From Lama guanicoe (lineage: Eukaryota), in NCBI GenBank assembly GCA_013239625.1, contig MU056050.1:6271366-6335365 (forward strand): a stretch of DNA of 64,000 bases, given 5' to 3'. The first letter of the stretch is position 1. Every line of letters starts with the position of its first letter. Shown piece after piece: positions 12,800 through 28,059 of this stretch. The notes beneath the pieces were generated by a model. The model searched no databases, was not told where the DNA came from, and saw nothing but the letters and a program-made list of their open reading frames with translations. A program made the translations under genes and the position numbers.

Positions 12800-13025
12800 C
12801 TCTTTTTTTTTTGGTTATTTTATTTATTTTTATTTTTAAGTTATTTTTAATTGAAGTATAGTTGATTTACGATGTCGTGTTAATTTCTGGTGTACAGCAT
12901 AGTGATTCAGGTATACATATATGTATATTCCTTTTCATATTCTTTTTCATTACAGGTCATTACAAGGTATTTAATATAGTTTCCTGTGCTGTACAGTAGG
13001 ACCTTGTTGTTTTTCTATTTTATAA
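12800..13025 (-). mobile_element. Young L1 3' end (same orientation as the gene)
   Basis: T-rich tail then ttgaagtatagttgatttac...acagtaggaccttgttg, the reverse complement of the family at 11836. Confidence 0.8.
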
Positions 13026-16000
13026 GCACCATCTCTTCTATATATATACCTCCATATAGGACCTTTTTCAAAATTAAGGCTGAAAAGGGACATTTTAGTT
13101 TCTCAAGCACTTGAGGAAATAAACATAAATATATTTTAATATTTTAATAATTCTATAGTCAAGAAAACCCATAATTTTACAGTTTATTATTTTATGAATA
13201 ATGTATTAATGCATATTCTCACATTTCATTAAGAATGTACTGCTGTAAAATATCATTAGCTGTTATCGCATAATTAATGACTAATATACAAAATAAAAAA
13301 TCATGAATGGACTTCTTTATAAAATTTCCTAGGCTATGTTGCATAAGCAATAAAGTGTTATTGTGACTACAGAATAGGCTGGAAATTTTTGACTTTGACT
13401 TTCAGTTTTCTAAAATGTCTATAAAGAAAATCCTTCTCTTACTGGACAGATAATTTATAAACTATCCTGTGCTGAACTAAAAACTTGGTTAACATTTACT
13501 ATTACTGACAAAAAGGGAAGCAAGCTAATAAAGAGCTATAGTGATATTTTCTTAAAAAGTATTTTTTCCTCCTACCATTCTGAGGAATGTCATTTTCTTA
13601 ATTTTAAATAAGGAGCACTTTCATTAATAATAAAGTTGTAATCTGAAAACAAACAGCAATAATATGAAATTTTTATTACACTGTATACAGTAGTGTGTGA
13701 TTCTCTCTCTCAGATACTACCCACAAAATTCATTTAAACTACTACAAAAGGCAGGTTAATTATAATAACTAATTACAAATACTTTGATTCAACTGTCAGG
13801 GACAAGGCCACAGGCTATGCACACATAGCTTCTTGAGCTACAGGAGAAGGAAAAAAAGGCTCCGTAGAAGCTAAAAAGCAAGAATATTTTTTGACTAAAA
13901 TTAAAAGTCAAAGCAACTCTGCAAAGGAAGCAGTAAATGATTATATCAAAAACGTTTTTTATCTCAGAGAATTAAATTCTGCTTTTTCTCCTTTAAGTAC
14001 TTAAAAGAACCTAAGCAGGTCCAAGGAATTACTTGGATATTTTCCAAATGTCCTTTCCAGTAAACTTCTCAGAGTCTTCTCAAATCTCCCAGTCATGTTA
14101 GTCTGTCACTAAATGAACAGAGAGAGGACCCTGACATTCACTCCCTAAAAGGAATGACAAGAGAATTAATGAGCTAATGTTGGTAAAAGGATTGGTAAGC
14201 ATTATATGAAAGGTACTATATAAATACAAAGTATTATCTTTTCCTCTTCCAGTCATTTGGCAAAGGTCCTTTTAATTCTGATAGTTTCTGAATGTCCTAA
14301 GACTAAGACCCCATCACACTTTTTTCTTAGAAGGAAAATGGTAGGGTGATTCATGTGCTCTGAGCTTAAAAATCTAAGCTGATCATACCCTTCCTACTTG
14401 TTTATGTAGTTCAATAGAGACTGATTACTTACTTAAAGACCACACAAGTTCTCAGAGAAAGAAATCACAATCATTTTAGCACAGAGAAACGAACTAGAAC
14501 TCATTTTCTCTTTTGTATAGCCAGCATTTTTAAATGAAGAAGAGCCTCAAAGAAATCGTCAACCTTTAGCTGAAGGCTTTCAAAATGAGGCACATTCAGA
14601 AGCGGAGGTTCATGCCTATAAGCACTTTAAGACTGTTAGCTAAGTCAGAAGCAATGAATTCAGTACTTTTGAGTTCTCGGAATAAAATATAACTACCAAG
14701 GTTTCTATTTTTTTTCTAAGTATTTCACACTACTTATTGGTGTCTCTGGGAAAGAGTCATCTTTAAACAAGATTATGTTTTTAAAGATAGCTTCTTTAGT
14801 AAGCTAAGTTTAAAGTTTAATCATAAATAAAATTTTAATTTGAACACAATGACACACACACATAATGAATCAAATTACATCTTCTATATTTCTAAGATAA
14901 GGTTTCTCAATGAAACAAATTATTTCAGTTTTGGAAATCACAATGCTTCCTTCAAGGGGGAATTTTCACTTCCTAGGTTGTGAATGTGATTCACTACACA
15001 GGACCAATTATTTAAAATGAGTGGGGCAAAGAGATCATCTAGGAATAATAATAATAATCCAGTTCTTTAATTCCCTAATGATTTATATTATCATGAAATA
15101 TTTCAAAAAGATGGTCTAAATATATGCATGCATATTTTAAAATATATTACATATAATCTAAATCCAGAAATATAAGCAAAAATTATCTATTAACTAGGAG
15201 GGAAATAAAAACAATATGGTTGAAAAGTTAACAAATAAAACTCTGGATTAAAATATTTAATATGAAATAAACTATTAATATGTTTTTAAAGATTCTTTAG
15301 AAATCATAAATTCCACCTTCCAGAACATAATAAAGGACAGAAATGTCTTCATTTTTAAGAGACAAAAGTTTCATTTTGCAATCAAGTATGTAGTTAGTAT
15401 CTGTTCTTTGGAAACATGTATTAGAGATTTAAACCTCTTGGTGAAGAAAGAGGTAAATGTTTTGTAGGAAGAAGATGGAGGAAAAAAGGATTCTTTACAC
15501 AGGAGTTCAGAGACATCTAGTGGTTGTTAAAAATATACTGGGTTTTCTCCTGGAGAATGAAATAAGGTTATAGAGTTCTACAGTCATGTTCCTATTACAA
15601 ATAACATAAGCTTTTTTTGCACTTTCGGTTTCAGCCTACTGTTTCAGTTTAATGATTCCAGAAACTGAAAACAGCATTAAACTCTCAACCTTTTAAAAAT
15701 TAGTAAAATATCACTGAAAGAATACTCAAAATTCAGCAAATGTTCTATCACATAAAAGGGCATGTATGATCTAAAAAGATTCATCAACAAATGCAGGTGG
15801 GCATTTGTCTTTTACAAGCTGTTGGTGCTGCTCTAAATTAGATCATTATACACATAAAACCCCAAAAGGCTAAGAAGTTTAAATGCATGGCTTTTGAAAA
15901 GAGTTCCCTGCTAAACATGGTGATAGATGCACTGTACTAGAAGGCACCTTAAAAGGCCAACTAGCTCACTGCAAAGTCTTCAGACCATCAAAATGGAATC

Positions 16001-16924
16001 TCATTTTCAAAGCTAATAGAAAAGCTATTCTACATTGTTCTTCAACAATCTATTTCAATGAACCAAAGAACCCTGTCAAACAACTCTGCCCTACATCCAA
16101 CTTCAGCCCTTTATGCTACAGATTAAGTCTTAGCTTTTTCACTCTTTCCTCAAGTCTTCCTCCTGTATCTTACTAACAAATACACCTCTTCATATTCTTT
16201 TGTACAAATATAGCACTTTACATTTATCCCTATTAACTGTCATCTTGCAAGGGAGATTCAACTGACCCATCATTCCAATTTCTCCAGTTCCTTTTGGATT
16301 TTTGATCCAAAGTATTTGCTACCTCTCCCAGCATTATGGATTCCATAAACTTGATAGACACATTGTAAAACCATCAAAAACTCTAAAGTTGTATTAAAAT
16401 TTTAAGAAATATCTGATCTCGCAAACGTTCACCAAAATTAGCATCCCAGTACAGCAACTCAGAGTTTTTCTTTTTATTCAACTTGAACTGAAAATATAAA
16501 ATGGGTCAAACAAAATATTAATAGCCATTCCTTCACATCTCGAACTTTTGGCCAAGAAAACTTTTATGATAGACAGAAACTACTTAAGAAAAATATCCAT
16601 TGTTTGCATTGTTAGTTTCTGGCTATTTTTAATGTTTAGGCTGTATAAATCTATTTCTATCTTAATTACCTCAGCTGACAAAAGACTGACGATGCCAACA
16701 TTAAAAACGTGTTGCATTTATTCCAGTATCATCAAGAACACTGCTAAGCAGCACTAGGATTTAACAGGAATACAATTCATGTTAGAAAGTAACAGGGTAA
16801 ATTGCATGAAGCAAAAATAAAATCCCTTCTACTTAATTATTCTCTGTCTCATAACATTCTTATAAAAATTCAACTTTAGCAACAATTCCTTCTCATTAAA
16901 AATAAATCCTTAAGTTATTCACAC

Positions 16925-17745
16925 AGTCTCAAGTACCACCTGCTTAATTACAAAGGGGAAAATGTGCCTTTCAAGTGGAGAGCTCTGGCGGTCCCCATTT
17001 TAACTAAGTGATCAAACTTAGTATCACCAGGAGTGTGACAACCTAACATAATGTGCCTCCTGATGTGATGCAGTAAGAAGTATACATCACTTATTTCGCA
17101 TTCTTGCCAAAAATGCTTAACCTAAATCTAATAAAGTGCAAACAAATGAGATAAATGTGGAACATTCTACAAAACGAGCCTGGGCACCTTAAAAAGGTCA
17201 CTGTTGTGAGAAACAAAAAGTTGTAGACTGAAAGAGACTAAAGAGACTGAACCAAATGCAGTATGTGAAACTTAACTAGATCAGCAATTTTTAAAAAACA
17301 GCTATGAGAGACACTTTGGGAACAAGTGGAAAATTTTATACATGGACTGTACACTAGATGACATTACTGAATCAATGTTTACAATTTCAGGTAGGATAAT
17401 GGTATTGTGGTTATGTAGGAGAATGTCCTTAATTTTAGGAGATAAATGTTGAAGAGTTTAGAGGTGAAAACTCGTGATGTCTGCAATTTACTTTCAAATG
17501 ATTCAGAAATACAGATCTGAATATTAATGAGTATAAAATACAGATTTATATTTCTGAATATAGATATGTTTCTGTATTTCTGGATATAATATATAGATTG
17601 CATATATAGATTCTATGTATGTATGTTTAAATATATATATCCGTATGTTGGTGGGAGGAGAAAGCCAATGTAGCAGAATGTTAACAATCAGAGAACCTAA
17701 ATGGAGAATATATGAAACTTGATATTTTTCAAAATAAAAAGTTGG
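16925..17745 (+). mobile_element. L1MC4/5-like 3' region
   Basis: aattacaaaggggaaaa...aagtgatcaaacttag...tgtgcctcctgatgtgatgca...ttttcaaaataaaaagtt. Confidence 0.7.
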
Positions 17746-17773
17746 AGGAAATCAGTAAGAAAAGAATACATAC

Positions 17774-17986
17774 CATGGCAGTTCTAGACTTGATAAACCA
17801 GTCAAATCTAAACTGAGGAGCATTCCGAACACACTGTCTTAATTCTTCATACACGTTTTCTCTATCAAAGCCCATTTTGTGTAACATACAAATCAAGAAT
17901 CTATCTTCTTCCTCAGTATAGTTCTTTCCTTTGCTGGTTCCATACTGAATACGTAACTGATGAAATGGAGCCTTGTATCTTGCTAT
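17774..17986 (-). CDS. SMARCA1: SMARCA1 exon 23: [71 protein letters not shown] (SLIDE)
   Basis: cacag|ATA GCA ... GCC ATG|gtatgt; 213 nt. Confidence 0.97.
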
Positions 17987-18065
17987 CTGTGGATTTAAAC
18001 AAAACAGTGCTTTTAACTAAGTGTGCAACAATAATAAATCAAAGCTAATTCTCATTTAATCATCA

Positions 18066-18242
<177 letters not shown>

Positions 18243-20545
18243 TTATTACTTTGTAATTCTATCATCTTAACCAAATTAATCCAAGGAACTGAAGAATAAA
18301 GAATTAACAGGAAAGGAAGGACACAGTGAACTTACACTGTATTTAAGTGTAAATTTAAAATTAAGATTCAGATTCATCTGTATGGCATATGTTCAATTAT
18401 GAAATAACCCTAAGGGGTAATAAATGAGGAGTATTAAATACCTCTTTTCATTTAAAAGTAAGATCTCAACAAGATTTTAGGTTAGCGATTTTCCTTTCAT
18501 AAAATATTATGGAGTTTTTAATTATCCATCCCAAATGACTAGAATTTCAAAAGATATTACAGATACTGATTTAAGCTATGCATATATGTTTGGTGCCTTC
18601 TATATAATGTTTGAATAAAAGTATAAAGTGAAACAGAAGAGAGAGTGGTCATATGAACGTAGAGAATATAGCTTCCTAGTAGCAGAAACAGAAATGAAAC
18701 CATTATGAACAGGACAATCAAACTTCCTATAAGGCAGCAATTTCTACTGAAACTGTTATTTCACTTTTGGAACCACTCATTCTTACAAGATTTCCAGTGA
18801 CATATATAGCTTGTTGTTTAAACTTACTTGGAATAGCCTTTTCTCTTAAAAAAAAAAAGCCAAATCACCCAAATTTTATAAATGAGCTAAATAATCTGGC
18901 TGCATTAATATGTCACATCTTATGACTTGAGGGCCTTCTAATGATATATTCTACATTCTCAATTTTTTTTTCATTTGGAGTCTACCAAGAAAGGAATGTT
19001 AGTACTCTGATTTTTGTAAGTTCCTGTGTTCATTTATTCATTTTCTCACTTATTCATTCAACACATATTTAAATGCTTCCTATGTATAAGATACTCATGA
19101 ACAGCCAATGGTACATATTTCTTCTTTTACTGCAACTAACTACATAAATTCATTCAAATCTCCCCATCCTCTGTCATGGCCCCAGTTAAGCTGTCCCAAG
19201 CAGGAACATCTGACATGATATCCTTTTTAATCATTTTTTTTTCTTGCAACTCCATACACACTGATGCTATCTCACTCTTCCTACCTCTTGAAGAAAATTC
19301 TACTTTAGAAAATCTCTCTGCGCATATGCTTTTACACTGTTTTCATTCAACTCCTGCTGCTAAAATTCTCTATTTTTTCCCTCCTTAAGCCCCCAAATAC
19401 CCTAAACTTATGTGATAAAGTCTAGGAGCAGTAGTAATGTTCCGCTGGTATCAAAAAAAAAAGGACATTCATGGACCTGATCTTATGCTACACGAAATAA
19501 AAACTCAACATAATTCATCTCTAAAATCCCTGGCAATCACCAGAAGACCTTGTCAGATTTCCAAAATAAAAAAATATGTATCTATTCTCTAATTAAACAT
19601 GGATTTCTTCAAGCACGAGTGCTAAACATAGACTAAAGGTTGTACCTAGTCTGCGTTAATCTTTGGCATATTAGTACTGTAACGTTTCCTCCCTACTATT
19701 CTTCACTGCAAAAATAAGGAATTTCAGTTGTTAGGCGAAAAGGGCTTTGAGGGCTACATACCTTGTAACATTGCTTCTATGGGAAAAACTGCCCTAGATT
19801 CTCTACAGCTGATACTCAGACTAAATTTGACAGCTCAACCTAATTGGAGAAACTTCTTATGTTCTACATAAAGAAAACTTACTAGGCACATTTACTTATT
19901 TTTAATAAGATTTCTTTTCAGAAATCTGAAGTTGGATGCTCTGTGACATGGAAATTAGTATTAACTCCATGCGCTTCAGCAGGTAATCTACTTCTGGTCA
20001 ACACCAAAAACACAGCTGAGTAAGAGAGCAAGCTGATTCCAGGAGCAATCAACATATTTATTCAAGCAGTCTTTTTATATCTATTCTAGTCTGCTTGGAG
20101 TTAATGGAATCCACATGACCTGCCTGGACCAAACTGGAATCCTGAGAGTATTTGAGGATCTAAAAGGGCCTGATTAGAATTCTCTATTTCAAGGACAACC
20201 TAGAAAGAAACTAATTCAGTCCACTGAACTGAAGTCTCAGACTTGACTTGCCCAGAAGATGACCAAATTCCAGAGGTGGGAATGCGGGCATTTTACCAAC
20301 GCTCATCCAATAGCTACCCTTGTGTTATCAGTGCTATACTTGGCTCTATTAGCCAACTAGTAAGGATGATAGCAATCTGTTTTGATGAATCTTAACTTTC
20401 ATAGAAATACAATTATATTTTATACTTTCACCTACATTTTATTCATAAGAGTCTAAAAGTCTCTGAACAAAGGTACAATTAAATTGACACTAAAGAAAAT
20501 ACATAAGGTTACAATTAAACGCCATTTCTGAAGTTGTATACAAAC

Positions 20546-20678
20546 CTGAATACTCCATGACCTCCTCAGGGGATTTGCCTTCCACCTCTCGAGCTATGTT
20601 ATCAATGTCATCTCTTCCATACTTCTCATTAGCTTTAATAAACTGGTTAAAATCTCGCTTAGTCCAGTTTGTGAATCC
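20546..20678 (-). CDS. SMARCA1: SMARCA1 exon 21: [44 protein letters not shown] (SANT)
   Basis: cacag|GGA TTC ... TCA G|gtttgt; 133 nt. Confidence 0.96.
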
Positions 20679-22624
20679 CTGTGAACAAAAAATTAAGCAC
20701 CATCAACAAAGGTTAAATTAACAAATCAAACTATTGTTCTATTCAGTTCTATACAATGACACATTTAAAATAGTTTCAAAGACTTAATATTTGCCTCCTT
20801 ATAAAATCCCAGTTTTTTTATGTTGGAATCAAAAGTTGAGTTAGAGTTACTGTAAAAATAACTGCTTTTCTATCATGAAGACAAGGTACTTCTCTCCAGG
20901 TACTAAAAACTGACTTAGAGCTCCAATATACTGTGTAGTTTAAAATTCCATATTTTACAGATGCCAAGTACATTAAAATACAAATGCATTAAAATAAAAA
21001 TGCCAATATAAATGCTGAAGGCCTGATACTCCAGTACTTTGTTTTTTTTCACAGACCTGTCCCCATGTAAATTAAGAAAAAAATGTGGATACATTAAATC
21101 AAAAAGACACATGAAGGGGAAAAAAAAGAGACTGCAGAAAAATTTTTGTAGCTCTTTATATCATTCTAAGAAACTGTGAATAAATAATTTCTGTTCAAAT
21201 TATATTCATAAATAGAATGCCTATCAACAGAATTTTATTGGGCCCACTCAATTTCTTTCCTAAAAGATAGAACAGTTTGACCAATCAGTGTTTTAAGTCT
21301 CTTTGGTATTTATTAGCATGTCTCTGAAGTCACAAAACCAAAAATTTGTTTTCCACTCCTTACGTCCCAAGCCACGTAAATGTGATACTCTCAACGGTGC
21401 AAAACTCTGTCCCTAGCCTTTAGCTGATAAAGATTTCCGATGACCCCACATTTTGTTCCTTTGTACTCCTATGACTTTTTTAAAGATTAATAATTTAGGG
21501 CAGTAGAAAAAGATGATTAAAGATGACTTCAACTACTGGGAGGGGCAAAAAAATTGATTTTGTTTATAATTACAAACTAAAGCAATTTCTCATTTGAGAC
21601 TATATTTTCACAGGAGGTTGTGCATTCATAATATACTGCAAGCCAAGTAACATTTAAAGACCATAACTTTATTTTTGTGTTCAGGAAATAAATTTTGAAA
21701 ATAAAACATGAATATTTAAATGTTTTATTTTATTCTGTGGTAAGTCCTAATATTCAACCAGCTGCAATTATATTTTCAAACTAAACTTTGTCTTCCAGGC
21801 ATTTGGCTCAAAAACTTATGAGTATAATTTATAAAAATTCATTTAATAAAATCACCTTATAACAAAAAAACTATATAATAAATAAGATATAAATATAAAA
21901 ACTATATTTCAATAATTAATGTGGAAAATTTCCTAGCACTGTGCTTTGCATATTGTTCAAAAGAATGTACTGAATGAATAAATCTTGCTGGCAACTTTAT
22001 ACACTAAGGGGGTATCATACTTTGGAAGTAAGCCACTCAAAAAACTCATTAAAGCAACAATGACCAGAAAGCATTAGTATGTTGTTCAAATGGAAATATT
22101 CCCTATTTAGTAACTATTGGCTTTTAACTATACAATGAGCATCTTAAAATGTTTCAGAAATTTCTCATCATCATATCACAATTCTTTTCAAGAAAGGATA
22201 TAAGGCATTTTGAGAATTATGAAATCATTCCATAAAGTTTAGTAGAGTATAATTTCAGAAGAGAGTTCACAATCAATAAAATAAATTTAAATTTGCAAGA
22301 ATATGCTAGTAATTCTTGTCTTTCAGGATTCATATGTGGATGAACTGACCTTATTATGATTGATAAAATGTATGTCTTATTTCTAACAATTGACACGTAT
22401 ATTGTATATTCATGTATTTTCCATTATTTTGAAAAAAGTGTACTCTATAAAAGGGAGAAAAAAAATAGGGATATTTGGTCTAAATGAACGTTTACAAAAT
22501 AGCCCTGATTTTGCTGGTGCATCCAATCAGGGTACCAGGCCCATACAACCAAAAGTAATGTGATCTATATTTTCTTTTCTTCTGTTGGTTGACTAAAAGT
22601 CCTTCAACCCTTAAAATATTTTAC

Positions 22625-22747
22625 TTGTGTGAGAAGTTTTTCCTTTTCTTCAGTCTCTTCCGGTGTAAGAGGTTCAGCTCCATCAATCTTTTTCTGCTCC
22701 TCTCTTTGAGCCACAGCTGGATTTGGGATATCAGGATTCCGTGGGAC
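22625..22747 (-). CDS. SMARCA1: SMARCA1 exon 20: [41 protein letters not shown]
   Basis: tttag|GTC CCA ... ACA CAA|gtaaaa; 123 nt. Confidence 0.96.
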
Positions 22748-23077
22748 CTAAAAACCAACAGATGTGTTATGAGTAATCTGTCAAAAAAAATTAATGAAGG
22801 GTGTATATACTCATATCAATATTTAGAGTTATTTCAACAGTAAACAAAATAAAGTCATACCAGAATGACACATGATCTTCTCCACATTTCTACCACCATG
22901 ATATTACCAAAGTAAAACTGCTCTTAAATGTGCCACATGGTATTTTAGAGTTCAAAGCCCATTGCTAAATGCCACATTATATTCTAGATTTAATTATACT
23001 GTGGAACAAAAAGTCCTTATAATATTGTAATATGTGGTAATAATAATCATATGATTATCCCCAACACCAACATTATA

Positions 23078-23897
23078 CAGTAAAATCTCAAGCCCCAGAA
23101 ACAAACAGTTTGGTAGTGCGAAAAGAGCCCATATTCACCTGGCAATATAGACCAGGGCAGAGAAGTGGCAATGCACCTGAAGATTGCATCCAATGCTCTG
23201 ATCGGTTCAACGTGCAAAAAGAAAGGAGTGCTTTTATTGCCTGCCGGGGTATGGAAAGAGAGAGCATCTTCACATCAAATGCAAAGACTGAAAGAAGTGA
23301 CAGAATAAGGAAGCAAAAAAAAAAAAATAAGAGACTATACATAAGAGGGAAGGGGTAAGCAGAGCACACAAACAGCTGTGATGGGACCCGCAGTCAAGGA
23401 AAAAAGACTAAGTAGCAGTGACCAACAGAAAGGATAATGTATACTATACAGCTGTGTATAGTATACAGAGCCGCAATACACCGACAACCGAGAAGAGAGC
23501 TCAAGTTCAAAAGACTGAGGACAGAAGCTTAGCTCTCCAAGGAAGCAAGCAGTCAGCCAGTCACCTGTTATCTCAAAACCGTATCCCCAGGGACCTCAGT
23601 GTGTCACCGTGAACACAGACAACCCATACAGTTGAGCAGTATGGAGCAGCAGTCACTGTATGGAGTGACAGACTAAGTCACTTGGCGCAAAGCCTCACAC
23701 CATTTCTATGTGCATCTGCAGTGACAGTGCAGCATGCTGATTTAAGAGGGCAGGTATATAACATGGATAGTACAGTTTATAGTATTCCATTACATGTGAA
23801 AAGAAAAGGGTTGACAGCAAGCCTTCCACTACTCGGAATGCCCATCTATCATAAATGACTCATCCTCTGGGGGCATCAGACAGTCGGGGTTTTACTA
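23078..23897. mobile_element. TcMar-Tigger-type DNA transposon relic (Tigger13a-like)
   Basis: ta|cagtaaaatctc ... ggggttttacta|ta: imperfect terminal inverted repeats with TA duplication around a GC-richer block. Confidence 0.5.
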
Positions 23898-24129
23898 TAA
23901 TGTAATTGTAATACATATTAGGGTACATTTCTCTCATTGTTATACCTACTTCATAGAGTTTGAAACTACAGCACTGTAACTTAAAAGTAAATATTTTAAA
24001 AACTAATGGATCCAATAGTTGTTTAAAAATAAAACCTATTAACTGGGCATAAAAAGGAAATACTGAAAAAATACATTCATTTGTATGTAATCATCAGTAT
24101 CACACAATCAAATTAGTAAGTATTGACTA

Positions 24130-24620
24130 AATGTCTATTTTATCCATAGCACTATGACAGGCAATCACTAGAATACAAAAGAAGTAGTGGACATGGTCCT
24201 TGCCCACAAAGAGCTCACAACCTAGTTGTGGAGTTCTGAGCTGCACTCTAAGAACTCTAAGGATTTGGGAAGATGGAGAAGAGAGAAAGAATATTCTAGA
24301 CTGGAGCAGTATAAGCAAAAACAGTGAAGGTAAAACCAGGAAGGAGTATACAGGGTTTATGTTGAGAAGGGTAAGAAACCAGGCCAGGTAGAGACAATTA
24401 GAGGGCCTTCTGAAATTACACAGGAAGCAACAGCAAGCCATTGGAGATTTTTCAACAAGGGAGCAAAATGTCAAAATGTAGTGTTTTCACCTGTAGGTCT
24501 TGTGCTAGATGGACTGAAGTGGGATAGCGACTAGAGGCAAGAGTACCAGCTAAACTGTCATATTCTAGAAATGAGATATGATCACTTGGCCTAGGATGGT
24601 GGCAAATGGAAATGGAAAAG
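24130..24620 (-). mobile_element. L2 fragment
   Basis: catggtccttgcccacaaagagctcacaacctag...aagccattggagattttt...actagaggcaagag. Confidence 0.55.
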
Positions 24621-24699
24621 AAGGTGCAAATTAAAAAGGAAATGTAGTCCAGTGATACTCATGATTTAGAATAACTTTTTTCAATGGCTAAATTCCACT

Positions 24700-25490
24700 T
24701 TTAAATTACAAGCACACCAGCAATTCCATTCCTAACATATCTATACAAAGACATTTAGGAGAATGCTTACAGCAGCTTTACTCATAAGAGCCAAAACCAA
24801 GAAGACAGCCCAGATGTCCATCAACAAGAGACCAGATAAGCAAACTGTGGTATATCCTTACAATGGAATAGTACTCAGCAATAAAAAAGGACTGAACCAC
24901 TGATAATGGGACAACATGGATGAATCGCAAAAACATTATGCTAAGTGAGAGAAGACTTACACATAATGTATGATTCCATTTATGTGAAATTCTAGAGAAA
25001 AAAAAACTAATCTAGAGAGGAAAACAACACCAGAACAGGGTTGTCTCTGGGGAATGGGTATGGGGATTGATTGGGAAGATGCGCTTTCTGGGGTGACAGT
25101 AATGTTCTATGTCTTTATAGTGGCTTCCATTATGTAGGCATATGCATTTGTCAAAACTCATCAAATTGGTACACTTAAGATTTATATATTTCAATATATG
25201 TAAATTTTATCTTATAAAAAGAATCAAATATTGAACTATGGCTAATGATATGCATGGTGAAGTGCTTCCAGGTGAAATATACATATGTTTACAACTTTGA
25301 AATGCATAAAAAAATAAGAGGGATATCCATTTGACAGAAGACTGGAGCAATGGACAAATAGGTAACAAAGTAAATACAGTAAGATGCAAACTGGAGAATA
25401 TATGTGGTATATATATGGGTGTTTACTGTACAATTATTTCAACATTTTTCTATGTTTGACATTTTTTCCTAATAAAATGTTGAAAAAAAA
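24700..25490 (+). mobile_element. Old L1 3' end(s) (L1MC/ME-like)
   Basis: cagcaattccattcct...gatgtccatcaacaagag...aacattatgctaagtga...gtcaaaactcatcaaatt. Confidence 0.7.
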
Positions 25491-27463
25491 TCACAGACAT
25501 AGCTTTAAAAGTTTAATATACCCCTTAAATTGCTGGCCTCAAATTTTAATTGTAATTGAGGGAAACCTCTTCAATCTTAAGATATTTCTCTACCAAATAG
25601 CTTCAAACTTTCCACATCCAACAAAGCATACTTTAACCAAATAAAATAATTTCATAAACATCTAATTCATGCCAGAAAATGGATAATGTACCCACCCAAA
25701 ATAAACTGTTTATTCCTATGTTGATATCCCCAATACTGAAAATTTCCCCCTTGAGCTTTAATAAAAGCAAAATTAGAATATTATATTACTAGATTTTTAG
25801 GAGCCACTGTAGACTACTACTTCCACATCAACTGCTCATATTTTTAATACAGCAAAATTTTAGAATGACTTCATTGTTACACTATTTTCATTCTAAAAAT
25901 TACTCATATAAATAGCTGCTAAAATTTTCAGAATTAGAAATGACTCAAAATTCCTAACTTCCTGTATCTCCTCCTACCAAAAAACTCCTTCTTAATATTT
26001 ATTATTTTTAAAAGGTTTTTATTATTTTTTACCTCATGAAGTTTTTATCAGCTTTAAACTTCCTACAGTGATAGAGTGATTTCAAAGTGCTATATAAGAA
26101 TTAAATAGACAAGCTATAGAACCATAGTACTAAACACAGACACGCAGAAGGTCTCTCAAGTACTCACACTGTGTCTATTACTGGTGGCCCCCAGCAACAC
26201 TTAACAGAGCTATAATATACAAGAAGTTCTCCTTCCAAGGAAACATCTCAATTATTACTTGGATTTCTGGTCAGATCCTAGGGAATTTGTGATTAAGAGC
26301 TACATTCCATGGAAAAGTGAAAAACTTTTCTTGCTCTTGTTTCTTAGGAGTTTCAGCAAGCATTTCACAGAAATATGGAATATTGAATTAAATGTGACAA
26401 CATACAAAGTGAAAGCAGTAACCTTAAATCAGCTCGCTGTATTTCGAGTTTCACCACAGCAAAACAGGTGGCCCATGATGACACATTACCAAAACTCACA
26501 AAGATTACAGAACTTGCTGCATTTGTCAAATGTTTATACCCACCCCTAAAGAATTTTTTACTAAAGATATATGTTAGAATGTTCTACAGCTTTCTTCAGC
26601 TTCTAATATGGTAACTCTTTCACTTCAGGTCTTAGACTCAATGGGATTTCTGGATACTATGGATTCTTTCAGTTCTGCAATTGAAATTTCAATTTAGTCA
26701 CCTTCTTCCAATAGAAAGATTTTAGTGAACAAGTGACTAAAAGCATTAAAGTAACTCCTTTAAGTCTCAAGAGCAATGGAGCTTCTGAATATGTCTAACT
26801 TGCAACAACGTCGAAGCTTAGACAGCAGGGAAAATTGGCACATAATGCACTGCTATCCACCAAGTGGTTAAGGCAAAACAAACAAATACTTCTATCAGCC
26901 TCAAATAAAACAAAACTCTTTGATTCCAGATCTTATTATCAGCAATATTGCTGTGACCTTGCTATGCTGAATACAGAGGGGGAAAAACAAAACAGAGAAT
27001 AAAAATGCAAATAAGCAGGCCTTGGGGAAAAATGCTATTTACCAATTGCTTCATACCTACTGGGCCCCTCACCAGCCATGCTCCCAATCACTACAGAATG
27101 CGACGGTGGGGACTCAAAATGTACAAAAAGGTACCATGCACCACCGTGCTCCCAGCTACAGACAGCACCTCTCTCCCCTGAGCTAACAATCATTTAAGCA
27201 AAAAGGGGGAAAGAAGTCCCTTTTTGAGACCCTACCTGTGCATAGAGAATACCAGGAAACTCCACTACAGCAGTCCTGTGCATCTGAGAACTAACTATTG
27301 CTCCATTCACTTTGTGGCTAGGGTGAGTTTTCTGGAGGTTTAGTAGAGGGGAAAGTCAATGCTAGGTATGCTTGAGAAGATATGCCCAACACTTATCAGT
27401 ATCACATCATCCTTTACAGGAAGCTTTTGCAGATGATTAACATGCCATGCTCATCTGTCTATA

Positions 27464-27806
27464 CAGTCGGCCCTCCGTATCCGTGGGTTCTACATCCATA
27501 GATTCGAGCAACCTCAGATCAAAAATATCCAGGAAAAAATTTCAGAAAGTTCCATAGAGCAAAACTTGAATTTGCCACACGTGGCAACTATTTACATAGC
27601 ATTCACATTGTATTTATACCTATTTACATAGCAATTACACTGTGTTAGGTATTATAAGTAATAGATGATGTAAAATATATGGGCAGATTTGCATAGGTCA
27701 CATGCAAATACTACACCATTTTATATAAGGGGCTTGAGCATCCACGGATTGTGGTGTCTGTGGGGGCTTCTGGAACCAATGCCCCGCAGATACCGAGGGA
27801 CAACTG
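27464..27806 (-). mobile_element. MER2-like Tigger MITE, full length
   Basis: ta|cagtcggccctccgtatccgtggg ... cccgcagataccgagggacaactg|ta: clear terminal inverted repeats and TA duplication. Confidence 0.85.
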
Positions 27807-28059
27807 TACTCTTAACTCAAACACAAAACCCACCCAATTCAAGCACCCACCTTAGCTCAGGTCTGTAGCCCCTGGTAAAGAATGGAAGAGACAAGGTTCA
27901 GAAAGAACCAACATCCATAACGTATTCTTCTTTGTCTTGTAAATTCTCAGCTAAGTATGCATACGGAGGGTCAAGGCAAGTCTTAAGACAATATAAAGGC
28001 AATCCAGGATGGGGCTGAGGAGAACACAGGGCTAGTTGTGGGGTGGTAGGGGCTCGACT

